DNA from: Truepera sp.
GTDB lineage: Bacteria > Deinococcota > Deinococci > Deinococcales > Trueperaceae
Direction of reading: 5' to 3'
Length of the DNA: 64,000 nucleotides
Assembly: GCA_965215315.1 (NCBI GenBank)
Contig: CBDCDB010000008.1
Location: 441,515-505,514, forward strand
Program-made: the position numbers and the translations under genes
Shown: positions 46,074-57,410 of the stretch, one piece after another
Layout of the letters: each line of letters starts with the position of its first letter
Numbering within the stretch: position 1 is the first letter of the stretch
Notes under the pieces: generated by a model
What the model was told of the DNA's origin: nothing
Database searches by the model: none
The model's input: the letters and a program-made list of their open reading frames with translations, nothing else

Positions 46074-47884
46074 TCCGGTACCGACGCATAAACCCTCGTC
46101 CCACCGCCCAGTTCCGATACCACCTCGAACTGCCCACCCCGCGCCTGAACCCGTTCACGCATCTGCTTGAGCCCGAGTCCTCCGGCACTCGTCACTCTGT
46201 CCGATACCGCTGCCGGGTCGAAACCCTGTCCGTCGTCGCGCACCTCGACGTAGCCGTACGCGCCGCAGGACTGCCCAACCGTGACAAAAACGTAGCGGGC
46301 GTGGGCGTGTTTGGCGATATTGTTCATCGACTCCTGAAAAATTCTGAAGAGGACGGCTTCAGACTTGGCGCTGAGTTGCGGCGAGCCTTCTACCGTCAAC
46401 CCCACACTGAGGTCGTTCTGCTCTTCAAAATCCGAACAGTAGCGGCGAATGGTCTCGACGAAGCCGTGACGCTCCAAATCAATTGGCCTCAGCGCAAAAA
46501 TTGAACGCCGCACCTCGCGGATGCTTTCCCGGATGGTCGCCTGCGCGGTGCGCAGTTCGGCGGTCGCCTTGTCGGTCTGCGGCGTGCTGCCGGTGATAAG
46601 CCGCGTGACCAAATCGAGTTTGAGCGCGCTGAAGGCGAGGGCTTGCGCGACGCCGTCATGGATTTCACGGGCGATGCGGGCACGTTCTTCGGCGATGGCT
46701 AATTCTTCAGATTGCAGGTAGGCCCTTGCGTTCCTTACCGCCAGACTCACCTGACCCGCAAGCAGGTTAAGGAAAGGTAAGTTTGTTTCGCTGAAGTGGG
46801 CGGCTTCCGCATGACCTAATACGACGACCCCTAGAAGTCCCTCTTCGCTCGAGAGCGGCAGACTCACCGCACTCCGCGCCGAAACGAGAATCGGCCCCTG
46901 CTGCTCGGCGGCGCTCAGCTGATGAACGACTTGCGGCTCAGCAGCGGCCTGACCGACGAAGTTTTCGCCCAAATGCAGCGCCGGTTCGCCGACGCCTCTA
47001 GCGGCGCGAAGTTGCAACAAGCCGTCTTCATCGGCCAGATATACACCACCGACACAGGCGTCGGCCCGCTGCATCATCTGGGTTAGGAGTTTTTCTAACA
47101 GGCGCTCGAGGTTTCCTTCCGCCCGGATGCTGCGGTCGGCTTCAAAGAGCGTCAGCAGGTCTTTCGTGCGGCTCCGGCTCGCTTCGGCGGCGGCAGAGAA
47201 CTCGTTGGCTAAAATTGCAAAGCTCTCCCGCGCTTCGGGTTCGGGAGGCGCGGCGAAAAAACTGTGGACGCTGCCCTCGAGCTTTCCCCCCCAGTAGAGC
47301 GAAAACGACAGCACCCACTGCGCACCTGTCTTCTCAAGCAGTTGTTCTTCCCGGCGCAGCGCCTCTTGACGGGCGACGGCAACCTGTTCAGCCGCTTCGT
47401 CCAAACCGTGCGTATGGCTGATTTTTAGCCCGCGTTCACCCAAAAGAATAGCCGTGCCCTCGGCTCCGGTGACGTTCGTAAGCCCTTCCGCTGCGACGAC
47501 CAGCACCGAATTGAGGTCGGGCGAGAGCGCAAACCGCTCCGTCACCCGCTGAATCTGCCCGAGGAGCGCGTGCGAACGGCTGAGCGCGTCGTAAAGGCCG
47601 CGCAGTTCGCCCTGCGCCTGTTCGCGGCGGCGCACCTCCGAAGCAATCCAGTTGAGCGTCAAAAAGGTAACCGCCGGGCCCAGCGTACCGTAAAACAGGA
47701 CGTTGACCCAGAGCCAGCCTCCTGCGAACTGTTGCAGCAGCACGACGCCGACGATAGAAACCGGCAACCAGAGCCGCGCCCAGCGAATCTGTTGGTACAG
47801 GCTCCGGGGCGGAGCATAGGTTTGGGCGTCCGGTTCCGCAGGCAGGTGGGAATTACGCTGAGAAGTACCCTGTGTCAGCGCCAT
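46070..47884 (-). CDS. Sensor histidine kinase with N-terminal TM segments, GAF domains and a HisKA_3/HATPase_c (NarL-partner type) core; no adjacent response regulator
   Basis: ..[15 protein letters not shown].. is the HisKA_3 H-box; ..NNIAKHAHA.. N-box; ..[17 protein letters not shown].. G-box. Confidence 0.85.
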   Translation of the reverse strand: MALTQGTSQRNSHLPAEPDAQTYAPPRSLYQQIRWARLWLPVSIVGVVLLQQFAGGWLWVNVLFYGTLGPAVTFLTLNWIASEVRRREQAQGELRGLYDALSRSHALLGQIQRVTERFALSPDLNSVLVVAAEGLTNVTGAEGTAILLGERGLKISHTHGLDEAAEQVAVARQEALRREEQLLEKTGAQWVLSFSLYWGGKLEGSVHSFFAAPPEPEARESFAILANEFSAAAEASRSRTKDLLTLFEADRSIRAEGNLERLLEKLLTQMMQRADACVGGVYLADEDGLLQLRAARGVGEPALHLGENFVGQAAAEPQVVHQLSAAEQQGPILVSARSAVSLPLSSEEGLLGVVVLGHAEAAHFSETNLPFLNLLAGQVSLAVRNARAYLQSEELAIAEERARIAREIHDGVAQALAFSALKLDLVTRLITGSTPQTDKATAELRTAQATIRESIREVRRSIFALRPIDLERHGFVETIRRYCSDFEEQNDLSVGLTVEGSPQLSAKSEAVLFRIFQESMNNIAKHAHARYVFVTVGQSCGAYGYVEVRDDGQGFDPAAVSDRVTSAGGLGLKQMRERVQARGGQFEVVSELGGGTRVYASVPE

Positions 47885-47889
47885 AAGGT

Positions 47890-48153
47890 TTAATGTTCGT
47901 TACGTTTAGGGCGAAACTCACGCATCAAAAAGGGATAGGCGGCGATGTAAACGACGAGCATCAGCGGAAGTTGTATCAAAAAGTTGTCGCGGGCCGCGGG
48001 TACCACCAGTCCGAGCAAGAACACGAGCAGCGACACGAGGATGGCAAACCCCAACGACTTGAGGACGAGCCTGCCGAGTTTACCGGGCGTTATTTTCCTC
48101 GCTTCGGCGAGCGCTTTAGCGTCGTCTTTGCGTTTTTTGGTCGTTTTGGACAT
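47890..48153 (-). CDS. Small membrane protein (87 aa, 2 TM), first gene of the HK-NUDIX operon
   Basis: Basic N-terminus then two hydrophobic helices; 5 nt upstream of the HK start. Confidence 0.5.
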   Translation of the reverse strand: MSKTTKKRKDDAKALAEARKITPGKLGRLVLKSLGFAILVSLLVFLLGLVVPAARDNFLIQLPLMLVVYIAAYPFLMREFRPKRNEH

Positions 48154-48221
48154 ACCTCTATTGTAAAGACTTTTGGCGCTCTGCCAAGTTTCGGGGAACG
48201 AGTTGCGGCTAAACTAGGCCT

Positions 48222-49082
48222 ATGAGACGTTATCTTTTCTGGGCGTTTGCGTTGTTAAGCTGTACCGTAAACTATGCGTTGGCAGCACCTTCAACCGGAT
48301 GCAGTACGACCTCTGATATGACCTCTCCCCTGCAATCTGGGCTTCAGAGTATCTCAGTAGCTGGGCAACAGCGGCAGTTTATCTTGAGCCTTCCCAAACC
48401 TTATGAGGCTAGAACGCCGCACGCGCTCGTGCTAGCGTTTCACGGACGTACCAGTCCGGCGGCTGAGGTGCAGGGGTATTACGACTTAGAGTCCCAAGCC
48501 CTCGCCACGCTCGGCCCCACTATCTTCATCTACCCGGTCGCACTAAACCAGGCTGATGGCACATTCGGCTGGTGGAACTCCGGCGACGCACCGGACGCCC
48601 TCCGCGACTTTGCCTTCTTTGACGCCCTTTTAGACCAGCTCAGTACGAATAGCTGTCTCGAGATAGACCGCATTTTTGCAGTCGGTCACTCTTTAGGCGG
48701 TTCGTTTGTCAACGCGCTCGGGTGCCACCGGGCGGGGGTGCTGCGGGCGGTTGCCAGCCTCGGCGGGGGGCCAGGGCCGGGAACGTGCGAGGGCGAAGTA
48801 GCCGCGCTGGTTTTACACAATCCGGACGACAGGCTCGTCCCGTTTGAATTGGGGATTGAGGCTCGAGACCAATTCCTAACCCAAAACGACCTCCCCGGGC
48901 CATCTGTAAAGGGTGAACCGCAAAGCCTGAACTGCAAACGTTACGGCGCACCGGACGTACCCAATCCAGTTGTGTGGTGTCCGCACACTCAAGACTACGC
49001 CTACGACGGGCGCTACTATCCGCACAACTGGCCCGACGAGACCGGCGCAGCCGTGACGCAGTTTTTCGCGGCGTTGCCGTAA
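48222..49082 (+). CDS. Secreted alpha/beta-hydrolase esterase (PHB depolymerase/LpqC-like esterase family)
   Basis: Signal peptide; ..LVLAFHGRTS.. oxyanion region, ..FAVGHSLGGSF.. nucleophile elbow GHSLG. Confidence 0.75.
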   Translation: MRRYLFWAFALLSCTVNYALAAPSTGCSTTSDMTSPLQSGLQSISVAGQQRQFILSLPKPYEARTPHALVLAFHGRTSPAAEVQGYYDLESQALATLGPTIFIYPVALNQADGTFGWWNSGDAPDALRDFAFFDALLDQLSTNSCLEIDRIFAVGHSLGGSFVNALGCHRAGVLRAVASLGGGPGPGTCEGEVAALVLHNPDDRLVPFELGIEARDQFLTQNDLPGPSVKGEPQSLNCKRYGAPDVPNPVVWCPHTQDYAYDGRYYPHNWPDETGAAVTQFFAALP

Positions 49083-49103
49083 ACCCACCTTAACAACGGT
49101 TGG

Positions 49104-49139
49104 AGAGAAAGGGGAGTGCTGCGGCACTCCCCTTTCTCT
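49104..49139. terminator. Bidirectional terminator hairpin between the esterase (+) and the OMP gene (-)
   Basis: GAGAGAAAGGGGAGTGC-TGCG-GCACTCCCCTTTCTCTC is a perfect 15-17-bp stem. Confidence 0.65.
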
Positions 49140-49159
49140 ATTCGCTGGTCAAAATGACG

Positions 49160-49666
49160 CTAGAAGAAGTGAAAGTTGACGCCGCCCCGTAAGCGCAAAT
49201 AGTAGGCGTTCCGGCTGGTTAAACTGCTCCCGACAAAGTAGCTGGGCAACAACTCGCCGAAAAAGCCGAAACTACCCAGGCGAAACTCGGCCCCCAAAGG
49301 TACATGCGCCACCAGTCTAGCGTTACGAAGCTCACTTAAAGAGGACGGCTGAGTGGTGTAGAACGCGTCAGCGCCGAGGCCGGTATAGAGCGACGTGGCT
49401 GAAAACGGCAAAAAGAAACGAAAAATCGCGTCAGCGCTCGCCAGCTTGAAGCCGCCGTTAAGCGGGTTGCCTTCAGCTGACACGCGCACACCGAAGCCGG
49501 GTAAAGGGTCGAAACCGAACTGTGCGCCGAGTTCAGCGTAATCGACTGGACTAGCAGGTAAAGAGAGCGGCGTCCCGACCGTTGCGCCGACGTAAAAATA
49601 CTGCGCAGAGCCTATCGGCAGAGCGAACAGAAGTGTACACAAGAGAGCTTTTAAGGTTGATCCCAC
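49160..49666 (-). CDS. Small outer-membrane beta-barrel-like protein
   Basis: Signal peptide MGSTLKALLCTLLFALPIGSAQ, alternating hydrophobic pattern, C-terminal ..GGVNFHFF (terminal Phe, OMP signature). Confidence 0.55.
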   Translation of the reverse strand: MGSTLKALLCTLLFALPIGSAQYFYVGATVGTPLSLPASPVDYAELGAQFGFDPLPGFGVRVSAEGNPLNGGFKLASADAIFRFFLPFSATSLYTGLGADAFYTTQPSSLSELRNARLVAHVPLGAEFRLGSFGFFGELLPSYFVGSSLTSRNAYYLRLRGGVNFHFF

Positions 49667-50133
49667 AAGTTTCCTCCGAAACGCACCTTACTGGGTTTGG
49701 GCTCGGGCGCGGTGAGAGACGCAAGAATCTCTCTCGTTCAGCTTAGCTGTACCGTCTCGTCTCGCAGTCGTGAACGTAACAAAACATACCTAACTCTCGC
49801 GAAAATAAACAGGGCAAAAAGGGGCGCAGCACGCGTCGGTAATGTGGTGGCCTCCCCAAAAGAGCGTGCTGCGCGGTACAGCTTTGACGGAGTTCTGCAT
49901 GTTCAACTCCTGATACACATCATACTGGCTTTGAGTCCAAATAACATCTTACATTTATTAAGCATCTCTTAATCTTTGAGCGTTGAGAAGAGGGGGCTCG
50001 AGCCGAATCACTGCTAGCTTGCAACCGGATTATGAAACCAGATTGCCAAACTGGATTGTAAAGGTGTTCAAATCGCCTTGAGCAGTACGCTTGGGTTGCG
50101 GTAGCGTTGTCTCTTGAGCTTGAGGAGGCTTAT

Positions 50134-50892
50134 ATGCCGCAACTACCCCGCATTACGGTTTGGAACGAGTTTCGCCACGAACAGCGCATCCCCGAAGTTA
50201 AAGAAATCTATCCGGAAGGCATTCATCATGCTATCGCCGAAGGTCTACGCGAAGACGGCTTTGAAGTTCGCACCGCGACCTTGGATGAACCCGAACACGG
50301 TTTAGGCGGTGACGTGCTCGAGACGACCGACGTGCTGTTCTGGTGGGGTCATATGGCGCACGGCGAGGTGTCAGACGAGATTGTCGAACGGGTTCATGCG
50401 AGAGTTTTGGAAGGTATGGGCCTCGTGGTGCTGCACTCCGGGCACTTTGCCAAAGTGTTCAAAAAGCTCATGGGAACGAGTTGCGACCTCTCATGGCGTG
50501 ACGCGGGCGAGCGCGAACGCGTGTGGGTCGTCGCGCCGCAGCACCCGCTTGCCGAAGGGCTCGAGAACAGCTTCATCGTCCCGCAAGCCGAGATGTACGG
50601 CGAACCCTTCGATATTCCTGCACCCGACGAACTCGTGTTTATCAGCTGGTTTGAGGGCGGCGAAGTCTTTCGCAGCGGTGCGTGCTACAGCCGGGGACAG
50701 GGCAAGGTGTTTTACTTCCGGCCCGGTCACGAGACGTTTCCGATCTACTACCAGAGCGAAATCAAACAGGTCTTAAAAAACGCGGCACGGTGGGCTGCGC
50801 CGACGCCAAACCGTCCGAAAACGTGGTTTGGTCATCGGCCTGAACCGCTCGAGCCCATCACCTCAGCACCCAAAACCGAGGAACCCGTATGA
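50134..50892 (+). CDS. thuA: ThuA-like protein (class-I glutamine amidotransferase-like; 3-keto-disaccharide/trehalose utilisation family)
   Basis: GAGGAGG RBS; [41 protein letters not shown].. matches the ThuA family. Confidence 0.8.
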   Translation: MPQLPRITVWNEFRHEQRIPEVKEIYPEGIHHAIAEGLREDGFEVRTATLDEPEHGLGGDVLETTDVLFWWGHMAHGEVSDEIVERVHARVLEGMGLVVLHSGHFAKVFKKLMGTSCDLSWRDAGERERVWVVAPQHPLAEGLENSFIVPQAEMYGEPFDIPAPDELVFISWFEGGEVFRSGACYSRGQGKVFYFRPGHETFPIYYQSEIKQVLKNAARWAAPTPNRPKTWFGHRPEPLEPITSAPKTEEPV

Positions 50893-51920
50893 ACGTCGGC
50901 ATCATCGGTGCAGGCGGCGTCTCGATGTTTCACTACGAGGGCTACACCGCCGGGGGCGCGACCGTAGCCGCCATCGCCGACGCGAACCCGTTAGCGCTCG
51001 CCAAACGCCAACAAGAGTGGAATATTCCCAAAGGCTACAGCACCTACGAAGAACTCCTGGCCGACCCTAGCATCGAAGCAGTGTCGGTCTGTTTACCCAA
51101 CGCGCTGCACTATCCGGTCACGTTAGCGGCAGCTGGAGCTGGAAAACACGTTTTGTGCGAAAAACCTGTGTCGCTATCTTTAGAGCAGGGCGAAGAGATG
51201 ATCCGCGTCTGCCGTGAAGCAGGCGTTATTTTGCAAATCGGGCATCACCTCAGAAGCGACAGCGCCGCGATTCGCACCAAAGAACTCATAGATTCGGGCG
51301 CACTCGGGCGCGTGACATTCATGCGCCTGCGCCAAGCCCACGACTGGGGCGGCTCGAAAACAGTGCGCGGCGTGTTCGGCAGCCGTGAACATTCGGGCGG
51401 CGGCACACTTCTGGACAACGGTTGTCACATGATGGATTTGGCCCGCTACTTCGGCGGCAACGTACGGGAAGTCTACGCCAATATCGCCACACTCGGCTTC
51501 GACATCGAGGTTGAAGATACCTCGGTCGCCAACCTGAGCTTCGTATCAGGAGCCATCGGCAGCGTCGAAAACGCCTGGACTGCGACGGGTTGGGAGCAGG
51601 CGTTTTGGGTTTACGGCACTGAAGGCGCGGTTGAATATTCAAACCGCACGGGCGTCTTGACGCACCGCTTTCGCAGCACACCGGGTACGAGTTTCGGTGA
51701 ACCCGACATCTCGCATACGACGTTCGGCGGCCTTGACGCACATACGGTCTGTGAAATTGACTTTATGGCAGCGATTCGGGATGAACGGGAGGTGGTGTGT
51801 ACTGGTGAAGACGGACTCGAGGCCGTTCGCCTCGTTTTAGCGTGTTACGAAAGCGCCAAGCAAAATGCGCCCGTAGCCCTGACCAGCGAAGCGGTACCGG
51901 AGACGTTGCTGGGGCGCTGA
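50889..51920 (+). CDS. Gfo/Idh/MocA family oxidoreductase (ThuB-like)
   Basis: [19 protein letters not shown].. Rossmann fold; ..[18 protein letters not shown]..; overlaps the thuA stop by 4 nt. Confidence 0.85.
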   Translation: MNVGIIGAGGVSMFHYEGYTAGGATVAAIADANPLALAKRQQEWNIPKGYSTYEELLADPSIEAVSVCLPNALHYPVTLAAAGAGKHVLCEKPVSLSLEQGEEMIRVCREAGVILQIGHHLRSDSAAIRTKELIDSGALGRVTFMRLRQAHDWGGSKTVRGVFGSREHSGGGTLLDNGCHMMDLARYFGGNVREVYANIATLGFDIEVEDTSVANLSFVSGAIGSVENAWTATGWEQAFWVYGTEGAVEYSNRTGVLTHRFRSTPGTSFGEPDISHTTFGGLDAHTVCEIDFMAAIRDEREVVCTGEDGLEAVRLVLACYESAKQNAPVALTSEAVPETLLGR

Positions 51921-52201
51921 CTTTCACACCTCAGACCGAAGGCAAGCCGTCCGCGCAGGGCGGCTTTTTCATGTCGCCCTTCGTTAGACACCGATCTTGA
52001 CAGCGCCTTGACAGTCCCCAGCCTCACGCATATAGTCAGCAAAAGACCATTAGCTTACGAACGCCCGGATTTCGGTCGGGGTCGTCGTAACTGCACGCAA
52101 AAACGGTTCACATGAAGGGACGTTGTGGCTCCAAAAGATGTGGCTCTACAAAACGGTGAGGTGCAGACGATTTCAGTTTTAAGCGGTTCCCGAAAAGACT
52201 G

Positions 52202-53713
52202 ATGCTGGAAGCCCGTCATCTTTCTAAAAGCTTCGGCCCGGTACGGGTTTTGGACGACATTTCGCTCAGCTTAACAGCGGGCGAAGTTCACGCGATTTTA
52301 GGCGAAAACGGCGCGGGCAAATCCACATTGATGAAGCTCCTGTCAGGCTACCTTCAACCGAGCAGCGGTACCTTGGCGCTAGACGGTCGAGAGGTGACGT
52401 TCAGGCGCTCCCGCGACGCCGAAGCGCAGGGCGTGGTGCTCATCCACCAGGAAATCAACCTAGCCGACGATCTCAGCGCCGAGGCCAATATCTTTTTAGG
52501 CATCGAAAAACGCAACGGGCCGTTTTTGCAGCGCCGTAAAATGCAGCAGGAAGCCGCTGACGTATTGAAAAGTCTCGAGACCGACATCGACCCGCGCCGT
52601 AAAGTTGGGTCTCTAAGCGTGTCGCAAAAACAGATGGTCGAAATTGCCAAGGCCGTCACCCGCGACGTGCGCGTGCTACTCATGGACGAACCCACCGACG
52701 TACTGACCGGGCGCGAAACCGAGGTACTGTTTAGGCTCATTCGCCGCTTGAAAGCGCAAGGGGTGGCGGTCGTTTATATTTCGCATAAGCTCGAGGAAAT
52801 CTCCGCTATCGCCGACCGGGTGAGCGTCCTCCGCGACGGCAAGCTCGTCACCACGCAACCCACTGCTGCGCTGACTCAAGACGAGATGGCGAACCTGATG
52901 GTCGGGCGCGAGTTGTCGGACATGTACCCACCCAAACGCACAGCGGGAACCGAGGTGGTTTTTACGGCGCAAAACGTCTCGGTACCGGGTTGGGCGAACA
53001 ATATCTCATTTGAACTGCGGCGCGGTGAAGTGTTGGGCTTTGCCGGACTCGTCGGGGCGGGGCGGACGGAGGTGCTCGAGGGCATCCTCGGCCTCCGCCC
53101 GAAAACAGGGACCCTTTTACGTCACGGCGAGCCGCTTACGGTTCACACGCTGAACGACGCCGTAGCTGCCGGAATCGCCTACGTCAGCGAAGACCGTAAG
53201 GGCAAAGGGCTGATTACGGAGATGGCTTTGCGGCCTAACCTGACGCTTCTGGCGCTGAAACGGTACGCCGACCCGTTCGTTCACCGAAAGCGTGAAGCGG
53301 CGGCACTAAAGCAAGCCGTAAAAGATTTCAGCATCCGCGTGCCGAATCTGAGTGCCAAGGTCGGCGTGCTTTCAGGCGGCAATCAGCAAAAACTCGTGTT
53401 GGCTAAAACGATGGAAGTTTCGCCCGAAATCTTAGTTCTAGACGAGCCGACGCGCGGCATCGACGTAGGAACAAAGCGGCAGATTTACTTTTTTATTCAA
53501 GACTTGTTAGAGCAGGGCAAATCGGTCATCCTCATTTCGTCCGAACTCCCCGAAATCGTCGGGCTCTGCCACCGCGTCGTGGTCATGCGCTCAGGTGAGC
53601 AGATGGGTACGCTTACCGGAGACAATATCAATGAACAAGAAATCGTCCGGTACGCCACCGGCCTAAAACGTACCGAGTCCGGTCAGGCAAAAGGAAGCGC
53701 CCATGCAGCCTGA
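52202..53713 (+). CDS. Sugar ABC transporter ATP-binding protein, two fused ABC domains (CUT2 / RbsA-type)
   Basis: Two Walker A motifs ([19 protein letters not shown]) and two signature motifs. Confidence 0.9.
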   Translation: MLEARHLSKSFGPVRVLDDISLSLTAGEVHAILGENGAGKSTLMKLLSGYLQPSSGTLALDGREVTFRRSRDAEAQGVVLIHQEINLADDLSAEANIFLGIEKRNGPFLQRRKMQQEAADVLKSLETDIDPRRKVGSLSVSQKQMVEIAKAVTRDVRVLLMDEPTDVLTGRETEVLFRLIRRLKAQGVAVVYISHKLEEISAIADRVSVLRDGKLVTTQPTAALTQDEMANLMVGRELSDMYPPKRTAGTEVVFTAQNVSVPGWANNISFELRRGEVLGFAGLVGAGRTEVLEGILGLRPKTGTLLRHGEPLTVHTLNDAVAAGIAYVSEDRKGKGLITEMALRPNLTLLALKRYADPFVHRKREAAALKQAVKDFSIRVPNLSAKVGVLSGGNQQKLVLAKTMEVSPEILVLDEPTRGIDVGTKRQIYFFIQDLLEQGKSVILISSELPEIVGLCHRVVVMRSGEQMGTLTGDNINEQEIVRYATGLKRTESGQAKGSAHAA

Positions 53714-54698
53714 GCCCATAAAACCCGAAAGAGCCGCCACACGTTTCGACCTCCGCACGCTCGGGCCGCTCCTCGGACTTATCGCGTTATTTGTTGTCGG
53801 CGCACTTCTTAACGACGCTTTTTTGTCGCCCATCAACCTCTTTAACGTCCTGACAAGAAGCGCGTTTATCGGCATTATCGCGGTCGGTGCGACGTTTGTG
53901 ATCATCTCGGGCGGCCTAGACCTCTCGGTGGGTTCGATGGCAGCGTTTATCGCAGGCGTGATGATTATTGTGATGAACCGGGCCGTGGATACGTTCGGGG
54001 CGGGCATCGTTACGGTTTTAATCGGGATTGGAGCGTCGCTTTTACTGGGACTCGCAGCTGGCTTTGTCAACGGCATTATTATCACCAGGGGCAAAATCGC
54101 CGCCTTTATCGTCACACTGGGAACGCTCGGGATTTACCGGTCGCTTGTGACCTATTTTGCGAACGGCGGCACGCTGTCGCTCGACTTTGAGGTGAGAAGC
54201 GTTTACGGGCCGGTCTATTCGGGGTCGTTTTTGGGCGTGCCGTATCCTATTTGGGTCTTTGCGGCGGTCGCGGTTATCGGCAGCGTTATTCTCCACCGGA
54301 CGCGCTTCGGGCGGTATGTGTACGCGATTGGCTCGAGCGAGCGTGTTGCCCGTTACTCCGCCATCCGCGTAGACCGGATTCAAACCCTGACCTACGTCTT
54401 GCAAGGGCTCTGCGTCTCGCTGGCGACGATTATCTACGTGCCGCGTCTGGGTTCAGCCTCGGCGAGTACGGGCGTGTTGTGGGAGTTGGAGGCCATCGCC
54501 GCCGTCATCATCGGTGGGACAGCCCTACGGGGTGGTTCAGGTCATATCTGGGGCACTGTTGTCGGGGCGGTTATGCTCTCGACCATCGGCAACGTCCTGA
54601 ACCTCACCGGTTTTATCAGTGAGTATCTGAACGGCGCGGTGCAGGGCGTCATCATCATCGCAGCGGTGCTGTTACAGCGGACGCGGCAAGATGAATAG
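53703..54698 (+). CDS. Sugar ABC transporter permease (RbsC/AraH-type)
   Basis: Ten TM helices, ..[11 protein letters not shown].. conserved region; overlaps the ATPase stop. Confidence 0.9.
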   Translation: MQPEPIKPERAATRFDLRTLGPLLGLIALFVVGALLNDAFLSPINLFNVLTRSAFIGIIAVGATFVIISGGLDLSVGSMAAFIAGVMIIVMNRAVDTFGAGIVTVLIGIGASLLLGLAAGFVNGIIITRGKIAAFIVTLGTLGIYRSLVTYFANGGTLSLDFEVRSVYGPVYSGSFLGVPYPIWVFAAVAVIGSVILHRTRFGRYVYAIGSSERVARYSAIRVDRIQTLTYVLQGLCVSLATIIYVPRLGSASASTGVLWELEAIAAVIIGGTALRGGSGHIWGTVVGAVMLSTIGNVLNLTGFISEYLNGAVQGVIIIAAVLLQRTRQDE

Positions 54699-54804
54699 CC
54701 CCGCACTCTCGAGATACTTCGGGAGGTGCAAGGTGGTGTAAACCATGCGCGTCATTCTCGTTTACTACAGCCGTCACCTCATCAGTAACACGAAAGGATT
54801 TATC

Positions 54805-55746
54805 ATGAAACGCTCCCTCTTTATCCTCGCTTCTCTCCTCGCTTTAGGCGCGGCTCAAGCTCAAGACGAAACCGTTACCATCGGCGTTTCGATTCCGGCA
54901 GCGACGCACGGTTGGACGGGCGGCGTCAACTTCTGGGCGGAACAGGCCGCCAAAGAGCTGCAGGAAACGTACCCAAACCTTAAGTTCGTCGTCTCGTCAG
55001 CTTCCGACCCCGGCGAACAGGCGAACGACTTGCAAGACATGCTCGCCATCAACCAAATCGACGCGCTCGTGGTGTTGCCCTTCGAGTCCGACCCGCTGAC
55101 GCAACCCGTCGCGCAGGTTAAAGAGCAGGGCGTATTCGTCACCGTCGTAGACCGTGGGCTCTCCGACCCCAGCATTCAAGACCTCTACGTGGCAGGAAAC
55201 AACACCGCCTTTGGGCGCGTCTCGGGCGAGTACTTCACCGAGAATCTAAGCGAAGGCGACAACATCGTGATTTTACGGGGCTTGCCGACGGTCATCGACA
55301 ACCAGCGCTTTGAAGCGTTTAATGCGGCTTTGGAGGGTTCCGGTATCAACGTTTTGGATTCTCAGTACGGCAACTGGAACCGTGACGACGCCTTTACGGT
55401 GACGCAAGACATGCTTACGGCCAACCCCGACATCGACGCGATCTGGGCTTCGGACGACGATATGGCCGAAGGCGTCGTCGCGGCGGTAGAGCAAGCAGGG
55501 CGCACGGACGACCTCTTCATCGTCGGCGGCGCAGGTAAAAAAGAGGTGATCAAACGCGTCATGGACGGCGACAAGCTGATTCCGGTAGACGTGACCTATC
55601 CGCCTTCGATGATTGCCACCGCGATGGAAGTGACAGCTTTGCAGTACACCTCCGGCGTGCCGATTGTAGGCGAATATCTGCTCGAGTCCGAACTCGTCAC
55701 TCCGGAAAACGCCGAACAGTTCTACTACCCCGATTCACCTTTCTAA
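54805..55746 (+). CDS. Sugar ABC transporter periplasmic substrate-binding protein (RbsB-like)
   Basis: Signal peptide [20 protein letters not shown] then a periplasmic-binding-protein type I fold. Confidence 0.85.
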   Translation: MKRSLFILASLLALGAAQAQDETVTIGVSIPAATHGWTGGVNFWAEQAAKELQETYPNLKFVVSSASDPGEQANDLQDMLAINQIDALVVLPFESDPLTQPVAQVKEQGVFVTVVDRGLSDPSIQDLYVAGNNTAFGRVSGEYFTENLSEGDNIVILRGLPTVIDNQRFEAFNAALEGSGINVLDSQYGNWNRDDAFTVTQDMLTANPDIDAIWASDDDMAEGVVAAVEQAGRTDDLFIVGGAGKKEVIKRVMDGDKLIPVDVTYPPSMIATAMEVTALQYTSGVPIVGEYLLESELVTPENAEQFYYPDSPF

Positions 55747-55831
55747 ACCTCGCGCTAAGCTGGAGCAGCCTACCTGTTGGGCTGCTCTTTTTTTGGTAGG
55801 TTGTAGAAAATTAAGTAGCGATTGGAGTTTT

Positions 55832-56833
55832 ATGGCGCGACCTGTCACTTTGTTCACCGGCCAATGGGCTGATTTACCCTTGACTGAACTTGCACCCTTA
55901 GCCAGACAGATGGGCTACGACGGCCTCGAGCTGGCCTGCTGGGGCGACCACTTTGACGTACAAAAAGCCCTCGCTGAACCGGATTACGCACAAGGGCGTC
56001 ACGACTTGTTAGCCGAGCATGACCTCAAGTGCTACGCCATCAGCAATCACTTGGTCGGACAAGCCGTCTGCGACCCCATTGACGAGCGGTATAAGGCCAT
56101 CGTCCCCGAACACGTCTGGGGCGACGGCGACCCCGAAGGTGTCCGGCAGCGTGCCGCTGAAGAGATTAAAGATACGGCGAGGGCCGCCGCCAAGCTCGGT
56201 GTCGGGATCGTCAACGGTTTTACAGGCTCCTCGATTTGGGGCAGTTTGTACGCCTTTCCGCCGACTACACAGGCGTATTGGGACAAGGGCTTTGAAGACT
56301 TTGCGGCGCGTTGGATACCGATTTTAGACGTGTTCGACGAACAGGGGATCAATTTTGGGCTCGAGGTTCACCCCACCGAAATTGCCTTTGATATCGCCTC
56401 GGCAAAACGAGCCTTAGAAGCAGTGAACAACCACAAACGCTTCGGCTTCAACTACGACCCGTCACATTTGGGCTATCAGGGCGTCGATTACGTCAAGTTT
56501 ATCTATGAATTTGGCGACCGCATCTTTCACGCGCATATGAAAGACGCGTGGTGGGGGCACGGCACCGGCGAGGCGGGCGTGTTCGGCGGGCACACGGATT
56601 TCGGCGACCCACGCCGCTACTGGGATTTTCGCTCGGTCGGGCGCGGCGATATCAACTTTGAGACCATCATCGTGGCGCTAAATGATATCGGCTACGACGG
56701 CCCCTTGAGTATCGAGTGGGAAGACTCCCGGATGGACAGGGTTCACGGCGGCACCGAATCGGCGGCGTTTACTAAAAAGCTCGACTTTGCACCGGCGGGT
56801 GGGGCGTTCGACGCAGCGTTCGGGCGCGAGTAA
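55832..56833 (+). CDS. Sugar phosphate isomerase/epimerase (xylose-isomerase-like TIM barrel)
   Basis: ..GYDGLELA..; ..[14 protein letters not shown]..; ..FHAHMKDA.. has the metal-binding His/Asp/Glu pattern of AP-endonuclease-2/XI-like TIM barrels. Confidence 0.8.
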   Translation: MARPVTLFTGQWADLPLTELAPLARQMGYDGLELACWGDHFDVQKALAEPDYAQGRHDLLAEHDLKCYAISNHLVGQAVCDPIDERYKAIVPEHVWGDGDPEGVRQRAAEEIKDTARAAAKLGVGIVNGFTGSSIWGSLYAFPPTTQAYWDKGFEDFAARWIPILDVFDEQGINFGLEVHPTEIAFDIASAKRALEAVNNHKRFGFNYDPSHLGYQGVDYVKFIYEFGDRIFHAHMKDAWWGHGTGEAGVFGGHTDFGDPRRYWDFRSVGRGDINFETIIVALNDIGYDGPLSIEWEDSRMDRVHGGTESAAFTKKLDFAPAGGAFDAAFGRE

Positions 56834-56842
56834 ACTACCTTT

Positions 56843-57388
56843 ATGCAGGCGCGGCTCATCACGGAAATCACCGTGGACGAATACCTCGAGGCTGAACAAG
56901 AAGCTGAAGTCCGTCACGAATACATTTACGGCGGGGTTTTCGCCCTAGCCGGAGGCAGCGTTACGCACAACGTCATCTGTACGAACGTCGTCCGGCTGCT
57001 AGGTAACGCGGCAGCGGGGAGCGATTGCCGCGTTTACGGCAGCGACATAAAGCTCCGGGTTGAAGACCGGTTTTACTATTCGGATACGATGGTCGTCTGC
57101 GAACCTCCAGCAGATGATTTTTACGAAACGTCGCCGTGCGTGATTGTCGAGGTCGTCAGCCCTTCGACGGCGCGGAAAGACAGGCTCGAGAAACGCTTTT
57201 CTTATCTTGCACTAAAAAGCCTGCAACTCTACTTGATGATCGACTCCCGTAAACGTGCAGTTTCGGGTTACTACCGAGAGCCGCAGGGGTTCGAAGAGCG
57301 TAGTTTTACGGTTGACGACGACATTCCAGTGCCGTGCGTCGGCGCGAATCTGCACTTCGATGAGCTGTACGACAAGACAAACTTGTAA
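56843..57388 (+). CDS. Uma2 family (DUF820) putative endonuclease
   Basis: ..ITVDEYLEAEQEAEVRHEYIYGGVFALAGGSVTHNVI.. and ..CVIVEVVSPSTARKDRLEKRFSYLALKSLQLYLMIDS.. match Uma2. Confidence 0.8.
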   Translation: MQARLITEITVDEYLEAEQEAEVRHEYIYGGVFALAGGSVTHNVICTNVVRLLGNAAAGSDCRVYGSDIKLRVEDRFYYSDTMVVCEPPADDFYETSPCVIVEVVSPSTARKDRLEKRFSYLALKSLQLYLMIDSRKRAVSGYYREPQGFEERSFTVDDDIPVPCVGANLHFDELYDKTNL

Positions 57389-57410
57389 CAATTCTGTAAA
57401 GTGAGGACGT

